From assembly GCA_963726195.1 (NCBI GenBank), contig CAVSBO010000004.1, positions 64,001 to 128,000 on the forward strand: 64,000 nucleotides of DNA, in the 5' to 3' direction. This stretch comes from Candidatus Thorarchaeota archaeon. GTDB lineage: Archaea > Asgardarchaeota > Thorarchaeia > Thorarchaeales > Thorarchaeaceae. A program made the position numbers and the translations under genes. Shown in pieces: positions 1 to 9,570 of the stretch (positions are counted from its first letter, which is position 1; each line of letters starts with the position of its first letter). The notes below the pieces were generated by a model, which saw only the letters and a program-made list of their open reading frames with translations, was not told the DNA's origin and did not search any database.

Positions 1-1050
1 TTCCGATGGTCGGATGCATTATTCGTCGAACTTGAACGGGACCTTGCGCTCTGCCGTCCGCATACATCCTTGCCAGTCCCTCGAGAAGGAAGGCAAATGC
101 CGGGTCCCAGGATACAGAACAGAATCACCGCCATCCAGAACCTGTATGTTGTACCAAAGAAACTCAGCATCAAGCTGGCTCTCTGTCGAATCTCTGGTAG
201 GCACACGGTATGGTTCAAGGATGGGGGCCAGAATGCTAGCATTCGGAGTTGGCATCTCCACTATCACATCTGTAGTGGCAAGTCCGAGGCATCCTTCAGC
301 TTCAGATATTCGATTACGCACTACCTTGTCGTAAAGTGCGCCAAAATCTCCCCAGTCCTTGCATGCCAATATGTCTGTGCAAGGGTTGCAAGTCACGACA
401 GCGTCGGCTACGTGTTGCCAGAGATATGAAAGGCCCTCTCTATAGCCTTCAAACATGCGTTCAAAGAGCCCGCCCCTCTTGAATGCGGCTGTTCGTTTTC
501 CAAATCCAAAATCAGTGATGCCTGATTTAAGCGGCATCTTCAGCGTTCTCTGCTGAGTCAGGCTCGCCAAGAACTCCATCGAGCAGAAAGCCAATCCCCG
601 TTCTTTTGACACATCCTTCGCTCGGCCACGAAAGACCGGAATGCTTTCTCGGATACCCCTGAGCGCGGATAAGTAAGGCCCAAAGCCTCGTTTATTTGCA
701 TCAAAGAACTCGTCGCAATTCTGCGCCTTAAGAGATTCTGTGACTCTCGAATCCAAACCACGCAGAACTTGTGCCAATTCCGAATCGCTTGGCACGAGCC
801 GCGCGGCACACCCAACGAACACGGCCCTCTTAGTCATCAAGTCCCGCTCCAGATAGAAAGGCGGTCCGTCTTCAAACACCCACTTCTGTTTGTCAACTAC
901 CGTGTTAAGTAGGAGTTTCAATCCAAGAAGCAACTTGCCAGATTGACCATGTACGAGACTCTGCGCGTTGAGAAAATCGAGAAACGGCTCATAGGCTGCA
1001 AGACTCAAGCGATGACGAGCCTCCAAACAGCTGGCCCAAAGTGTAAGCAT
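1..1050 (-). CDS. Hypothetical protein; probably continues past a frameshift near 100 and off the left edge
   Basis: 343-aa ORF. An alternative frame after YPGT reads PAFAFLLEGLARMYADGRAQGPVQVRRIMHPTIG, open to position 1. Confidence 0.6.
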
Positions 1051-1316
1051 TCATACCGGTCGAAGTAGGCTTGCTCAACTCGCACTCACCTAAGGTGTCT
1101 TAATCGCGTTTCCCTTTTGAGCTCTTCCTCGTGATAGAGCCAAGGCTTTTTCCATGAGTCAATATCATGATTGCCGGGGATGAAAAGACAAGAATGAGTC
1201 CGTCCACAGGATACTTGAGCGGCGGTGCATGCGACCTAGCGTGCGTTCTGCGGGATTGCGGACCGCAATCAGTGTCGACGAGGCTATACAGCAGCAGGAC
1301 TCTTCAGAGTAGTGTG

Positions 1317-2036
1317 CTAGTCGCTTTCAGTCTTTGCCAGAGTTGTGGCCAAACCTGCTGCCTCAAGAAAGTACCCTGCTAGGGAAATAGAGACTGCGTC
1401 GCCAGTGATAACGTAAGCCAAGGCTCCGGCGATTGGGGGAAGAAGAAGACACATGAGAATCACTGGGTAACCGATTCGTTTCTTCTTTGGCTTTGAGGCT
1501 CTTATCGACGTCACTCCCGCTGATGGGGACTCAAGGGCTTCCATACTTTCCTTGCTTCCACCCTGTCTGCTTCCTAGACACGGTTCGTACGGCGGTTTCT
1601 GTCTTCTAACTGGAATCCAAGCTATTCTGAGATGAATGACCTTCTCTTTGGTCTGTGCGTTCTCATTTGAGAGGACCACACCATAACTACCGTCTCGCGT
1701 GAAGGTGTATGTGTCTTCAAAATCGTTTATTGAAAACTCTCCAATGAGTGCTCGTTGTGCTCTGTATGCCTGCTCTAGTATGTCCTCCGTTGGCAGAAGA
1801 AGGATGTCGAAGGAGCCTCCGTTTTCTTCCCAGGCAGACACTTCGACAGTGGATCCACTTCTTGCCTCGAAGTGGACATCATCCCACTCCCCGGGAGCCA
1901 GCATTATCGTCTGAGAGTATTTGTTCCCTTTGAACTGCCGGACCACGTTCAGCGCTTCACCTCTGGTACTGTTTGCTAGTTGACAGTTGTGATGATTGGG
2001 GGCTTGATCACAGGTCATGTTCTGTAGTTGCAGCAT
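1317..2036 (-). CDS. Hypothetical protein: beta-sandwich-like N-terminal domain, two C-terminal TM helices (true start probably ~1945)
   Basis: Beta-rich segment (EDTYTFTRDGSYGVVLSN), hydrophobic C-terminus, GAGGTGA RBS-like motif near 1960. Confidence 0.6.
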   Translation of the reverse strand: MLQLQNMTCDQAPNHHNCQLANSTRGEALNVVRQFKGNKYSQTIMLAPGEWDDVHFEARSGSTVEVSAWEENGGSFDILLLPTEDILEQAYRAQRALIGEFSINDFEDTYTFTRDGSYGVVLSNENAQTKEKVIHLRIAWIPVRRQKPPYEPCLGSRQGGSKESMEALESPSAGVTSIRASKPKKKRIGYPVILMCLLLPPIAGALAYVITGDAVSISLAGYFLEAAGLATTLAKTESD

Positions 2037-2039
2037 ACG

Positions 2040-2060
2040 TTTATATGCTATATCACATTA
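2040..2060 (+). promoter_or_regulatory. TATA-like box followed by ATATCACATTA, upstream of wHTH paralog 1
   Basis: TTTATATG at 2040 and ATATCACATTA at 2050-2060; the identical 11-mer lies upstream of paralog 2. Confidence 0.55.
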
Positions 2061-2085
2061 GAATATAGGAGTTAATGGAACAACC

Positions 2086-2736
2086 ATGAGAACAGCATTC
2101 GAAGTGCCACCGAAAGAAGGCGATATATTGGTGTGGTTGCTAGAACATGGTCACAATATTGCGTACCAGATAGCGAAATCCTCGGACCTAAAGCAGAGTA
2201 CAGTTTACGCGAATCTCTCGAGACTCGAACAAAAGAGAATGGTAGAATCAAAGGAACTTGAGGGCAAGAACAAGACGAAGGGAGAAAAGGAATATGCTCT
2301 CACAGTTCAGGGTCTTGCCTATGCTTTCATAGAATCTGCAAGGCGAAAGAAATGGAGTCCAAAAGCAGACACGTGGGCATATCTTCTTCCTCTCATATTC
2401 GGGAAATGGCAGCTTTTCGTAGACGGTGGATTTGAACACGATATGCAGGAACGTCTTGTGTCGACTAGCTATTTCTTCATCAGCATGTATGTTTGGGGTG
2501 ACGATGATCTGAAAAGAGAAACAGCAACAGACAGGTTTCAGTATTCGTTCTATGCTTTGAATGATGAGGCATTAGATGAGGAATTTCCTAAAGAACTCAA
2601 GCAGTTGAGGCGATTATACAGAATCTCTGCCAAGGACAGAGAAATACATCACTTCATCACCCAATACTTGAACAATGAGATATCGCAGCTGTCCAAGAAG
2701 AACGGGACCTTCCAGAGCCTAAAGGAAATCCTCTAA
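2086..2736 (+). CDS. Winged-helix transcriptional regulator (TrmB/PadR-like N-terminus), paralog 1
   Basis: IAYQIAKSSDLKQSTVYANLSRLEQKRMV...YALTVQG wHTH pattern. Confidence 0.8.
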   Translation: MRTAFEVPPKEGDILVWLLEHGHNIAYQIAKSSDLKQSTVYANLSRLEQKRMVESKELEGKNKTKGEKEYALTVQGLAYAFIESARRKKWSPKADTWAYLLPLIFGKWQLFVDGGFEHDMQERLVSTSYFFISMYVWGDDDLKRETATDRFQYSFYALNDEALDEEFPKELKQLRRLYRISAKDREIHHFITQYLNNEISQLSKKNGTFQSLKEIL

Positions 2737-2801
2737 CCGCTCGGAGAAGCAACCGAAAACACAGGCCGTGCCTGTCGAAGAGGCTAGGCACTGGGAGGCG
2801 C

Positions 2802-3314
2802 GTGATGCCGCAAAGCTCCTGCCAGGCGACGACCGCTGACTCAAGCAAGGACATTGTACCATTGGATAGTGATGCTCTGGCAGAGGTGTACTCCAACCAC
2901 AAATCCAAGATAATGCTCTCCCATATGCTTGCTTTTCAAGCGTTTCTGCCGGACCTGATCAGGCACGGTTTCATCGATGCTGATGAGCTTCTAAAAGAAG
3001 CAACCCTTACGTTCGAAAGCGAGGCCCTACAAGGGATGGCCGACGATAGTGCGGAGATGGAGGACACGCGTCAGAAGGGCATGTATGTTACGATTTCGGA
3101 AGAGGACGATGGTTCGCTCACGGTTACATCACCCGACGACATGAGTAGAGAAGATACGATGGCCCTCCTTGAGAAGGTGGTGGATTTACATCGCTTCCTC
3201 ACCTTCGTGATTGACACAATAATGAGCAATAAGCAAACACGAAACTCATTCCGAAAAGCTGTGAAGCAGATTATCAGTGAAGCAGCAGCACCAGACGCTG
3301 ACTGCCAAGTGTAG
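2802..3314 (+). CDS. AbiV-like (HEPN) protein, N-terminally truncated or frameshifted
   Basis: NHKSK and RQKGMYV resemble the AbiV H-x-x-K and R-x3-(L/M)YV motifs; N-terminal helices missing. Confidence 0.45.
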   Translation: MMPQSSCQATTADSSKDIVPLDSDALAEVYSNHKSKIMLSHMLAFQAFLPDLIRHGFIDADELLKEATLTFESEALQGMADDSAEMEDTRQKGMYVTISEEDDGSLTVTSPDDMSREDTMALLEKVVDLHRFLTFVIDTIMSNKQTRNSFRKAVKQIISEAAAPDADCQV

Positions 3315-3330
3315 CTGCATTTTACGGTGA

Positions 3331-4098
3331 TCAGAATATCCTCCTCAGGGCCTCGATTCCTTTTTCTGTCATGCGCAAATCAGCTAACACGTCACTTAGA
3401 CGTTGAACTATGAAAGTGCGAAGCTCTGCATCTTTGGCAACAAGAGGATACAATGACTCAAAGAGTCTCTTTTCGAAGTAACGGGATTCAAACAATTCAT
3501 TAACCCACTTACCCGGACCATAGAAGAATTCTGCCAAGGTCCTCCCGCCCTCTTCATCCATGAAGGTTTCTGGAGGTTCTTCGATACTGACATATTTCCA
3601 GAATGATGGGCGAAGCAATTCAAGTAACCATGTGCTAGCCCGGTACAGACGTCTTACTGCTTCGCTTGCCAATCCATTACTAACAAAGATTTCCCACCTC
3701 TCCAGTATCAGAGGTGCGAGATACCCCCAGTTGTCTACAATGGGTTTCCAATTCACCAATGCCAATAGACCGTCTTCGGTTGTGAATGCCTGTACAAGAC
3801 CACGAATGGTCAATTTGTATTGTCGTTCTCCCTTCGTTTGCCTTTTGCCTCTAAGCTTTCGCGAGCTTACCATCTGCTTCTTTTCGAGTCTGGATAGAGT
3901 CACGTAGATCGTGTTCTGTCTCACACCTGAATTGTGGGCTATTCGATAGGCAATGTTGGGCCCGTTTACAAGGAGACATGTCAGGATACTGACTTCTTTC
4001 TTGGGTAACTCGTCGGTGAGGCCGTTAAGCTCCTGTCCCTTCTTGACAAGCCAATCTTCGATGGTCTTTCCTTTCTTTGGCATTTCGGCTCTCAGCAT
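3331..4098 (-). CDS. Winged-helix transcriptional regulator, paralog 2
   Basis: Aligns with 2086-2736 (NIAY.IA..S...Q.T.Y..LSRLE.K.MV...TKGE..Y.LT..GL; W.YL.PLI...W..FV..G). Confidence 0.8.
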   Translation of the reverse strand: MLRAEMPKKGKTIEDWLVKKGQELNGLTDELPKKEVSILTCLLVNGPNIAYRIAHNSGVRQNTIYVTLSRLEKKQMVSSRKLRGKRQTKGERQYKLTIRGLVQAFTTEDGLLALVNWKPIVDNWGYLAPLILERWEIFVSNGLASEAVRRLYRASTWLLELLRPSFWKYVSIEEPPETFMDEEGGRTLAEFFYGPGKWVNELFESRYFEKRLFESLYPLVAKDAELRTFIVQRLSDVLADLRMTEKGIEALRRIF

Positions 4099-4119
4099 AT
4101 CGTATTATTAAATCAGTCA

Positions 4120-4140
4120 TAATGTGATATCAGATATATA
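4120..4140 (-). promoter_or_regulatory. TATA-like box followed by ATATCACATTA, upstream of wHTH paralog 2
   Basis: Minus strand reads TATATATCTG-ATATCACATTA (4140 to 4120). Confidence 0.55.
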
Positions 4141-4170
4141 GACTCTGCCACTACGCAGAAACGACCTACA

Positions 4171-4374
4171 ATGAAGGGAATAATCACCACAACCGTCAGG
4201 ACTCCAGAAGGCACGGACAAGCTGATTATGTGTGTCACCCAATCGAGGACCGAGAGCATCAGTGCTTTCATTCGTCGGGTTACCTTGAGGAGATTAGCTG
4301 CCTTGAGCTATAATCCTTGGAGTCTGAAGAAATCTCTGTGTGTTCCTGTTTCTGAAGAGGTGACTGCCCAATGA
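4171..4374 (+). CDS. Ribbon-helix-helix (CopG-like) small protein
   Basis: TTTVR beta strand then helices with SISAFIRR; divergent from wHTH paralog 2. Confidence 0.55.
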   Translation: MKGIITTTVRTPEGTDKLIMCVTQSRTESISAFIRRVTLRRLAALSYNPWSLKKSLCVPVSEEVTAQ

Positions 4375-4601
4375 ACATGGACAAAACACTCCGCCAGCTC
4401 GTTTGCTGGGTACTAAGGAAGTTGCAAGAGCGGTTAACGCCGCCTGACTTTCAAGCTGTTCTAGAGGGAAGCAATTTGTCGGTGACTACTGCGTGTCAGA
4501 CCTGCTCCAGCGCTTGGTCGGCGGTCCTCAATGTCGAGTTTGCCCGTGAGTCTGTCCGGCTTCGACTGTATCAGCAGAAGCGGAAGAAGACCGGACACTG
4601 A
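4371..4601 (+). CDS. Small hypothetical protein coupled to the RHH gene
   Basis: ATGA overlap, GAGGTGA RBS. Confidence 0.4.
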   Translation: MNMDKTLRQLVCWVLRKLQERLTPPDFQAVLEGSNLSVTTACQTCSSAWSAVLNVEFARESVRLRLYQQKRKKTGH

Positions 4602-5083
4602 GTAACAAGAGAGCGACATAAGGTCGCCCTTTCCTCTTCTTGAGCAAGTGCGGAATCCTCTGCCACTAGGAGCGAGGTAGTCCTTTGCCATCCTAGTCCT
4701 AGGCTCTAGGAATGAATCGATATCATTGGCGGATGTCGTCGCATGGATTAGTATGCCAACCTCAAAGATTCGGACCAGTTCGTCTTTCGTTGGCGAGTCC
4801 CACTGTCTCGTCATGGCAACCGGGAGCTCTCTCATTCCCTCCCGGACACTTCTCTGCGGGTAGATCGAAGGAATCCTGACAGAGATTGCGATTCAGTTTC
4901 CTCTTGACTCTCCTGAGAAGATGCCTCGTCAATCGCAACAGACTCTGATAGGCACATTTCGAGTGCGTCTGACTGAGATTCCTCGCCCAACAACATCTGG
5001 AAGATTACGCACTCTCATGACAGGTCCACGGAGCGCGTAAACAGAATAACTAAATACAGAACCAGAACTGGGAGCAGCCAACC

Positions 5084-6670
5084 ATGACACGGCTAGGAAT
5101 AACAGATACAGTCCTGCGTGACGCTCACCAGTCATTGCTCGCAACACGGATGAAGACAGAGGACATGATTCCCATCTGTGAAAAGCTGGACAAGGTAGGC
5201 TATCATTCGCTTGAGATGTTCGGCGGCGCTACCTTCGATACGATGATGCGTTTTCTCGAGGAGGACCCATGGGAGCGACTGGAGGTATTGCGGGATGCAC
5301 TGCCCCATACAAAACTCCAAGTCTTATTGCGCGGGCAGAATATCGTCGCCTACAGGAATTTTCCGGATGACGTACTCGAAGCATTCGTGGTCGAAGCAGT
5401 CAAAGCCGGACTGGACATTTTCAGGATTTTCGATGCTCTGAACGACGTTCGTAACATGGAGGCCGCGATGCGCTTCGTGAAGCGAGAAGGTGCTCACGTT
5501 CAGGCGGCGATATGCTACACACTAAGCCCGTATCACACAATAGAGAAGTTCGTCGAGGACGCAAAGACGCTCTATTCAATGGACGCTGACTCGATTTGCA
5601 TCAAAGACATGGCTGGACTGATTTCTCCACAGGCTGCATTTGAGCTCATTACAAGACTGAAGGAAGAGGTTGACATCCCGATTCAACTCCACACTCACTA
5701 CACGAGCGGGATGGCCTCCATGGCATACCTGAGAGCCGCGGATGCAGGTGTTGATGTTGTCGACTGCGCGATCTCTTCCCTGTCGATGGCAACATCGCAA
5801 CCAGCCACGGAGTCCATAGTTGAGGCGATGAAAGGAACGCCGAGAGACACGGGGCTCGATGTTTCGTTGCTCGCTGAGATTGCAGACTACTTCAAGAAGA
5901 TTCGAGGCAAATACTCTAAGTTCGAGGGAGCCTTGCAGGGCGTTGACCCGCAGGTGTTAGTTTTTCAGATTCCCGGCGGAATGCTGTCCAATCTTGATAA
6001 CCAGTTGAGGGAACAAGGCGCCCTTGACAGGTATGATGAAGTCCTGAAGGAGGTACCGCGCGTCAGGGCAGAGCTTGGCTATCCCCCGCTTGTCACTCCC
6101 TCAAGCCAAATCGTCGGGGCACAGGCCACGATGAATGTTGTCACGGGAGAACGTTACAAGGTTGTCCTGAATGAAGTCAAGCAATATGTCAGAGGTTTCT
6201 ACGGCAGACCTCCTGCACCAATTGACCCCAAGATCAAGAAGCTTGTAATAGGCGATGAAAAGCCCCTCAGTGTGAGACCAGCCGACCTGCTTGAACCCGA
6301 GCTACCGAAGGCTCGTGAAGCCCTGAAAGATATACCACATGTCCCTAGGGACGAGGTTTCGTACGCATTGTTCCCACAGTACGCTCTTGAGTTCTTCAAG
6401 CGGAGAGCTGAGCGTCAATCCAAGGGCAAGACCAACATAGAGCAAGCCATTGCCGTGATTGCCGCTGTGCTTCATATGAGCAGCCATCAGACTGCCTTTG
6501 AGCAACCCGGTGCTGCGGGAGGCAATGCGTGGGCAGAGGCCGGTGTTGCAGAGCTCGTTGCAGGAAGGACTGACCAGAACGCCCCCGGTCGATGGGAACG
6601 AGGCTCCTCCGCTTGGGCATCGGCTGGAAGAAAGGATCTGATGAAAAGCCGCGAACAGGGCGAGATGTGA
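5084..6670 (+). CDS. pycB: Pyruvate/oxaloacetate carboxyltransferase (PycB/OadA/transcarboxylase 5S family) with C-terminal extension
   Basis: LRDAHQSL, GGATFD, IKDMAG, HTH, QIPGGM, LVTPSSQIVG motifs. Confidence 0.9.
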   Translation: MTRLGITDTVLRDAHQSLLATRMKTEDMIPICEKLDKVGYHSLEMFGGATFDTMMRFLEEDPWERLEVLRDALPHTKLQVLLRGQNIVAYRNFPDDVLEAFVVEAVKAGLDIFRIFDALNDVRNMEAAMRFVKREGAHVQAAICYTLSPYHTIEKFVEDAKTLYSMDADSICIKDMAGLISPQAAFELITRLKEEVDIPIQLHTHYTSGMASMAYLRAADAGVDVVDCAISSLSMATSQPATESIVEAMKGTPRDTGLDVSLLAEIADYFKKIRGKYSKFEGALQGVDPQVLVFQIPGGMLSNLDNQLREQGALDRYDEVLKEVPRVRAELGYPPLVTPSSQIVGAQATMNVVTGERYKVVLNEVKQYVRGFYGRPPAPIDPKIKKLVIGDEKPLSVRPADLLEPELPKAREALKDIPHVPRDEVSYALFPQYALEFFKRRAERQSKGKTNIEQAIAVIAAVLHMSSHQTAFEQPGAAGGNAWAEAGVAELVAGRTDQNAPGRWERGSSAWASAGRKDLMKSREQGEM

Positions 6671-7194
6671 TGAGCGAGGAATATGTCGCCAAGTCAGATG
6701 GTCGGGACTTCAAGGTCGAGGTGCGACCTTCGGGCGAAGAGGGTGCGTTGGTCGTGAAGGTTGGGGACGAGTCCTTCACCCTGAAGCCATCTCTCAAGAA
6801 GGATGGGACATGGTCAGTAGACAATGCCTCGCTTCACCACAGTGTAAAGGTTGTCAAGAGAACGGGCAAGAAGGTCCTGATGGAAGTCGACGGTGAGGCC
6901 CGAGAGATTGAGTGGGAGCATGTTAGGAGAGACGAGGCAGAGGAGAAGACAGGCACGCAAACCAAGAGCGGCAAGAGAGTAAGCGGCGGTATCTATCCTC
7001 CGATGCCAGGGAAGATTTCTGAAGTCAGGGTAAAAGTCGGAGACAAGGTTCAATCAGGTCAGACTGTGTGCATCCTTGAAGCAATGAAGATGTTCAATGA
7101 GTTGAAAGCCCCATCCAATGGTACCGTCAAAGAGGTCACTATCAAGCCGGGTTCACTTGTCGCTTTGGGAGACCTGCTTGTTCGCATAGAGTAG
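6670..7194 (+). CDS. Biotin carboxyl carrier protein with N-terminal beta domain
   Basis: PPMPGKI...LEAMKM biotinylation motif; ATG overlaps the pycB stop. Confidence 0.9.
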   Translation: MSEEYVAKSDGRDFKVEVRPSGEEGALVVKVGDESFTLKPSLKKDGTWSVDNASLHHSVKVVKRTGKKVLMEVDGEAREIEWEHVRRDEAEEKTGTQTKSGKRVSGGIYPPMPGKISEVRVKVGDKVQSGQTVCILEAMKMFNELKAPSNGTVKEVTIKPGSLVALGDLLVRIE

Positions 7195-7208
7195 GGGGAG
7201 GTCGAGCG

Positions 7209-8373
7209 TTGGAACAGGTCTATGTTACGGGCGTTGGCATGACGAAGTTCGGAACGCTGGACGAATCTATTACAGAGCTTGCCAAGTCTGCCGGGTTGGA
7301 GGCAATCCGGGATTCGAATGCACTGGACGCCAAGTTCGACTACGTTATCGTGGGAAGTCAGAACCCTGACGAGTTCACTGGAGTGGGCCACCTTTCAACG
7401 CTGATGGCGGACTCGTTGGGCCTGGTGCCGGCTGGAGCTGCAAGAGTGGAGACCGGCCCCTCCGCTGGTTCGAGCGCGTTTGAGGAAGCAGTGGCGCTTG
7501 TGAAGTCTGGGCTTGCCGAGCTTGTGTTGGTCATCGGCGTGGAGAAGATGTCAGGGATCGACCGAGGTGCAGCTTCCAAGATACTCGCCAAGATGATTTC
7601 TATTGAGAGTGAGGCTAGACTCGGTGGAACACCAGCCGCTCTTGCGGCCATTGTTGCCCGAAGGTATATGCATGACTATGGACTGTGTCGTGATGATCTG
7701 TCTCTCATCCCTGTCAAGGCGCACAAGAATGGAGCGAAGAACCCACTTGCACACTTCAGGGAAGAAATCACTCTTGAGAAAGTCAAGACAGCGAAGTTAG
7801 TTGCTGATCCGCTGACGCTTTACGATTGTTCTCCTACCTCCGATGGTGCGGCGTCAGTTGTTGTTGCGTCGGCCAAAGCTGCCAAGACGCTTGCCCGGGT
7901 CGACGATTCGGTGAAGGTTCTTGCAGTGGGCCATGCTACAGACTACCATGCGGTTCAACATCGGCTGTCTCTCACTTCTCTAGGTGCAACCGTCATCTGC
8001 TGCCAAACACGCATTCAAGATGGCCAAGCTCAAACCCGAGGACATTGACTTATGCGAACTGCATGATGCTTTCTCGATACTGGAAATCATCGACATGGAG
8101 GATGTCGGGCTGGCGAGACCGGGTCATGCCATAGATATAGTGAAGAATGGGGAGACGAACATCGACGGCCGCGTACCTATCAATACTACCGGGGGCCTGA
8201 AAGCAAGGGGGCACCCAACCGGTGCAACGGGCGTCGCGCAGATAAGAGACGTAGTCCTCCAGATTCGAGGAAAAGCACCAGCAGGGCTCCAAGTCAAGAG
8301 TCCTCAGTTTGCATTAACGCAAAATATCGGAGGATTTGGCAACAACGTCGTCGTTTGCATCTTTGGAAGGTGA
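7209..8373 (+). CDS. SCP2-type thiolase-family protein lacking the N-terminal Cys (frameshift ~7995)
   Basis: GVGMTKFG, DCSPTSDGA, ELHDAF, GHPTGATG. Confidence 0.85.
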
Positions 8374-8579
8374 CGATGCGCCGCTGAATTTACACGACGG
8401 ATTCTCACGTATACCAAAAAGAATCACACATCTGTCGAAGAATCTCTTATTAATGAGACAAGGAAATACCTCTCCTGAGACTATTCATGCTACCAGTGCG
8501 CCGAAGATGAGGAACAGGTTCTGGTTCCGATCGTACACTGTGAAGGGCAGCCGAACCGAGAATCAAGGATATGGGACCA

Positions 8580-8979
8580 ATGGGCATATTCGATACATGG
8601 AGAAGAAAGAAACCTGAGCAGCCAGGTGGAACGGCACCCACTACTTCACGAGACATTATGCGCGCGGGACTTGCCAAGCCGTCTGCTGAATCCCAACCAG
8701 CTGCGGCTGAAGCGTCACGACCGGCTGTCCGCTCGCCCGCATCTCAATCAGAGATGAACAGCCTCCTCAGCTGATTACGAGCGTCTCTTTCAAAGACGCG
8801 AGGAACTTCGGGTCCAGGGAAATGAGCTGATGGGTCGTCTCGACAGAGGAGAAATCACAGCTCAAGAGTGGCGTAAGAGCCTGATGTCCAGAACTCAGGA
8901 AGCGGCGCAACTAGCTGAGAAGCTGCGGATTGCCAGGTCACGTCTGAAGTTTCTGGGATACACGGGTCTGCTCGGATGA
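8580..8979 (+). CDS. Hypothetical protein with low-complexity N-terminus and helical C-terminus (frameshift ~8770)
   Basis: Frame continues DYERLFQRREELRVQGNELMGRLDRGEITAQEWRK...LLG*. Confidence 0.5.
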
Positions 8980-9019
8980 TTCGTTGGGACCCGGTTTTCC
9001 CGACTTTCTGCCATTGCGG

Positions 9020-9429
9020 ATGTCGCACAATGAAATGGCAACTCTTTTGACCAGCGAAAAGCAGCCAAGGCTCGGTTGTTTGGATTGGCAATACAGGTCT
9101 CCAGATGCAATAGATGCAATCGCGTAGTAGTTCCGCCGAGAGACATCTGCCCATATTGCGGTCCGGGAGCCGGTGGGACAGCTCGCATCGCCGTGAAGGG
9201 AGAAGGGAGGGTGGCGAGCTTCACGGTCTCTTACATGCCTCCTGAGGGTTTCAAATCGCCGCTTCTGTTGGTGCTTGTCGAATTGGACCAAGGTGGGACG
9301 GTCTTATGTCTTGGCGATACAGAAGACACGGCTCATGTTCGCATAGGCGGAGCGGCAAGTGTGTATGTTGACGATGAGGGGAGGTATAGATACACACCGG
9401 CGGCTTCAGAGGGGCACAGACCCGAATAG
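9020..9429 (+). CDS. DUF35 Zn-ribbon/OB-fold protein (frameshift ~9070)
   Basis: CNRC..VVPPRDICPYCG; GRVASFTV; LVELDQG. Confidence 0.8.
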
Positions 9430-9570
9430 ATCGTCAGCCTTTCATGGTCAGCCAGCCTTGCCTTGTTTTTCCAACAGTACTGCATAATCATTGATAGACG
9501 GTCTCGTTGCCTGCTTACCCAGCTATTGATTTAAGGCGCTACTGCAACGCCCGGACCGGGTCAGCTTATC

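Noticed and set aside
8772-8774. Selenocysteine or pyrrolysine readthrough at internal stops (also 15575, 23831, 51499)
   Set aside because: Where homology can be followed, coding resumes in a different frame, indicating indels; none is a recognisable selenoprotein family.
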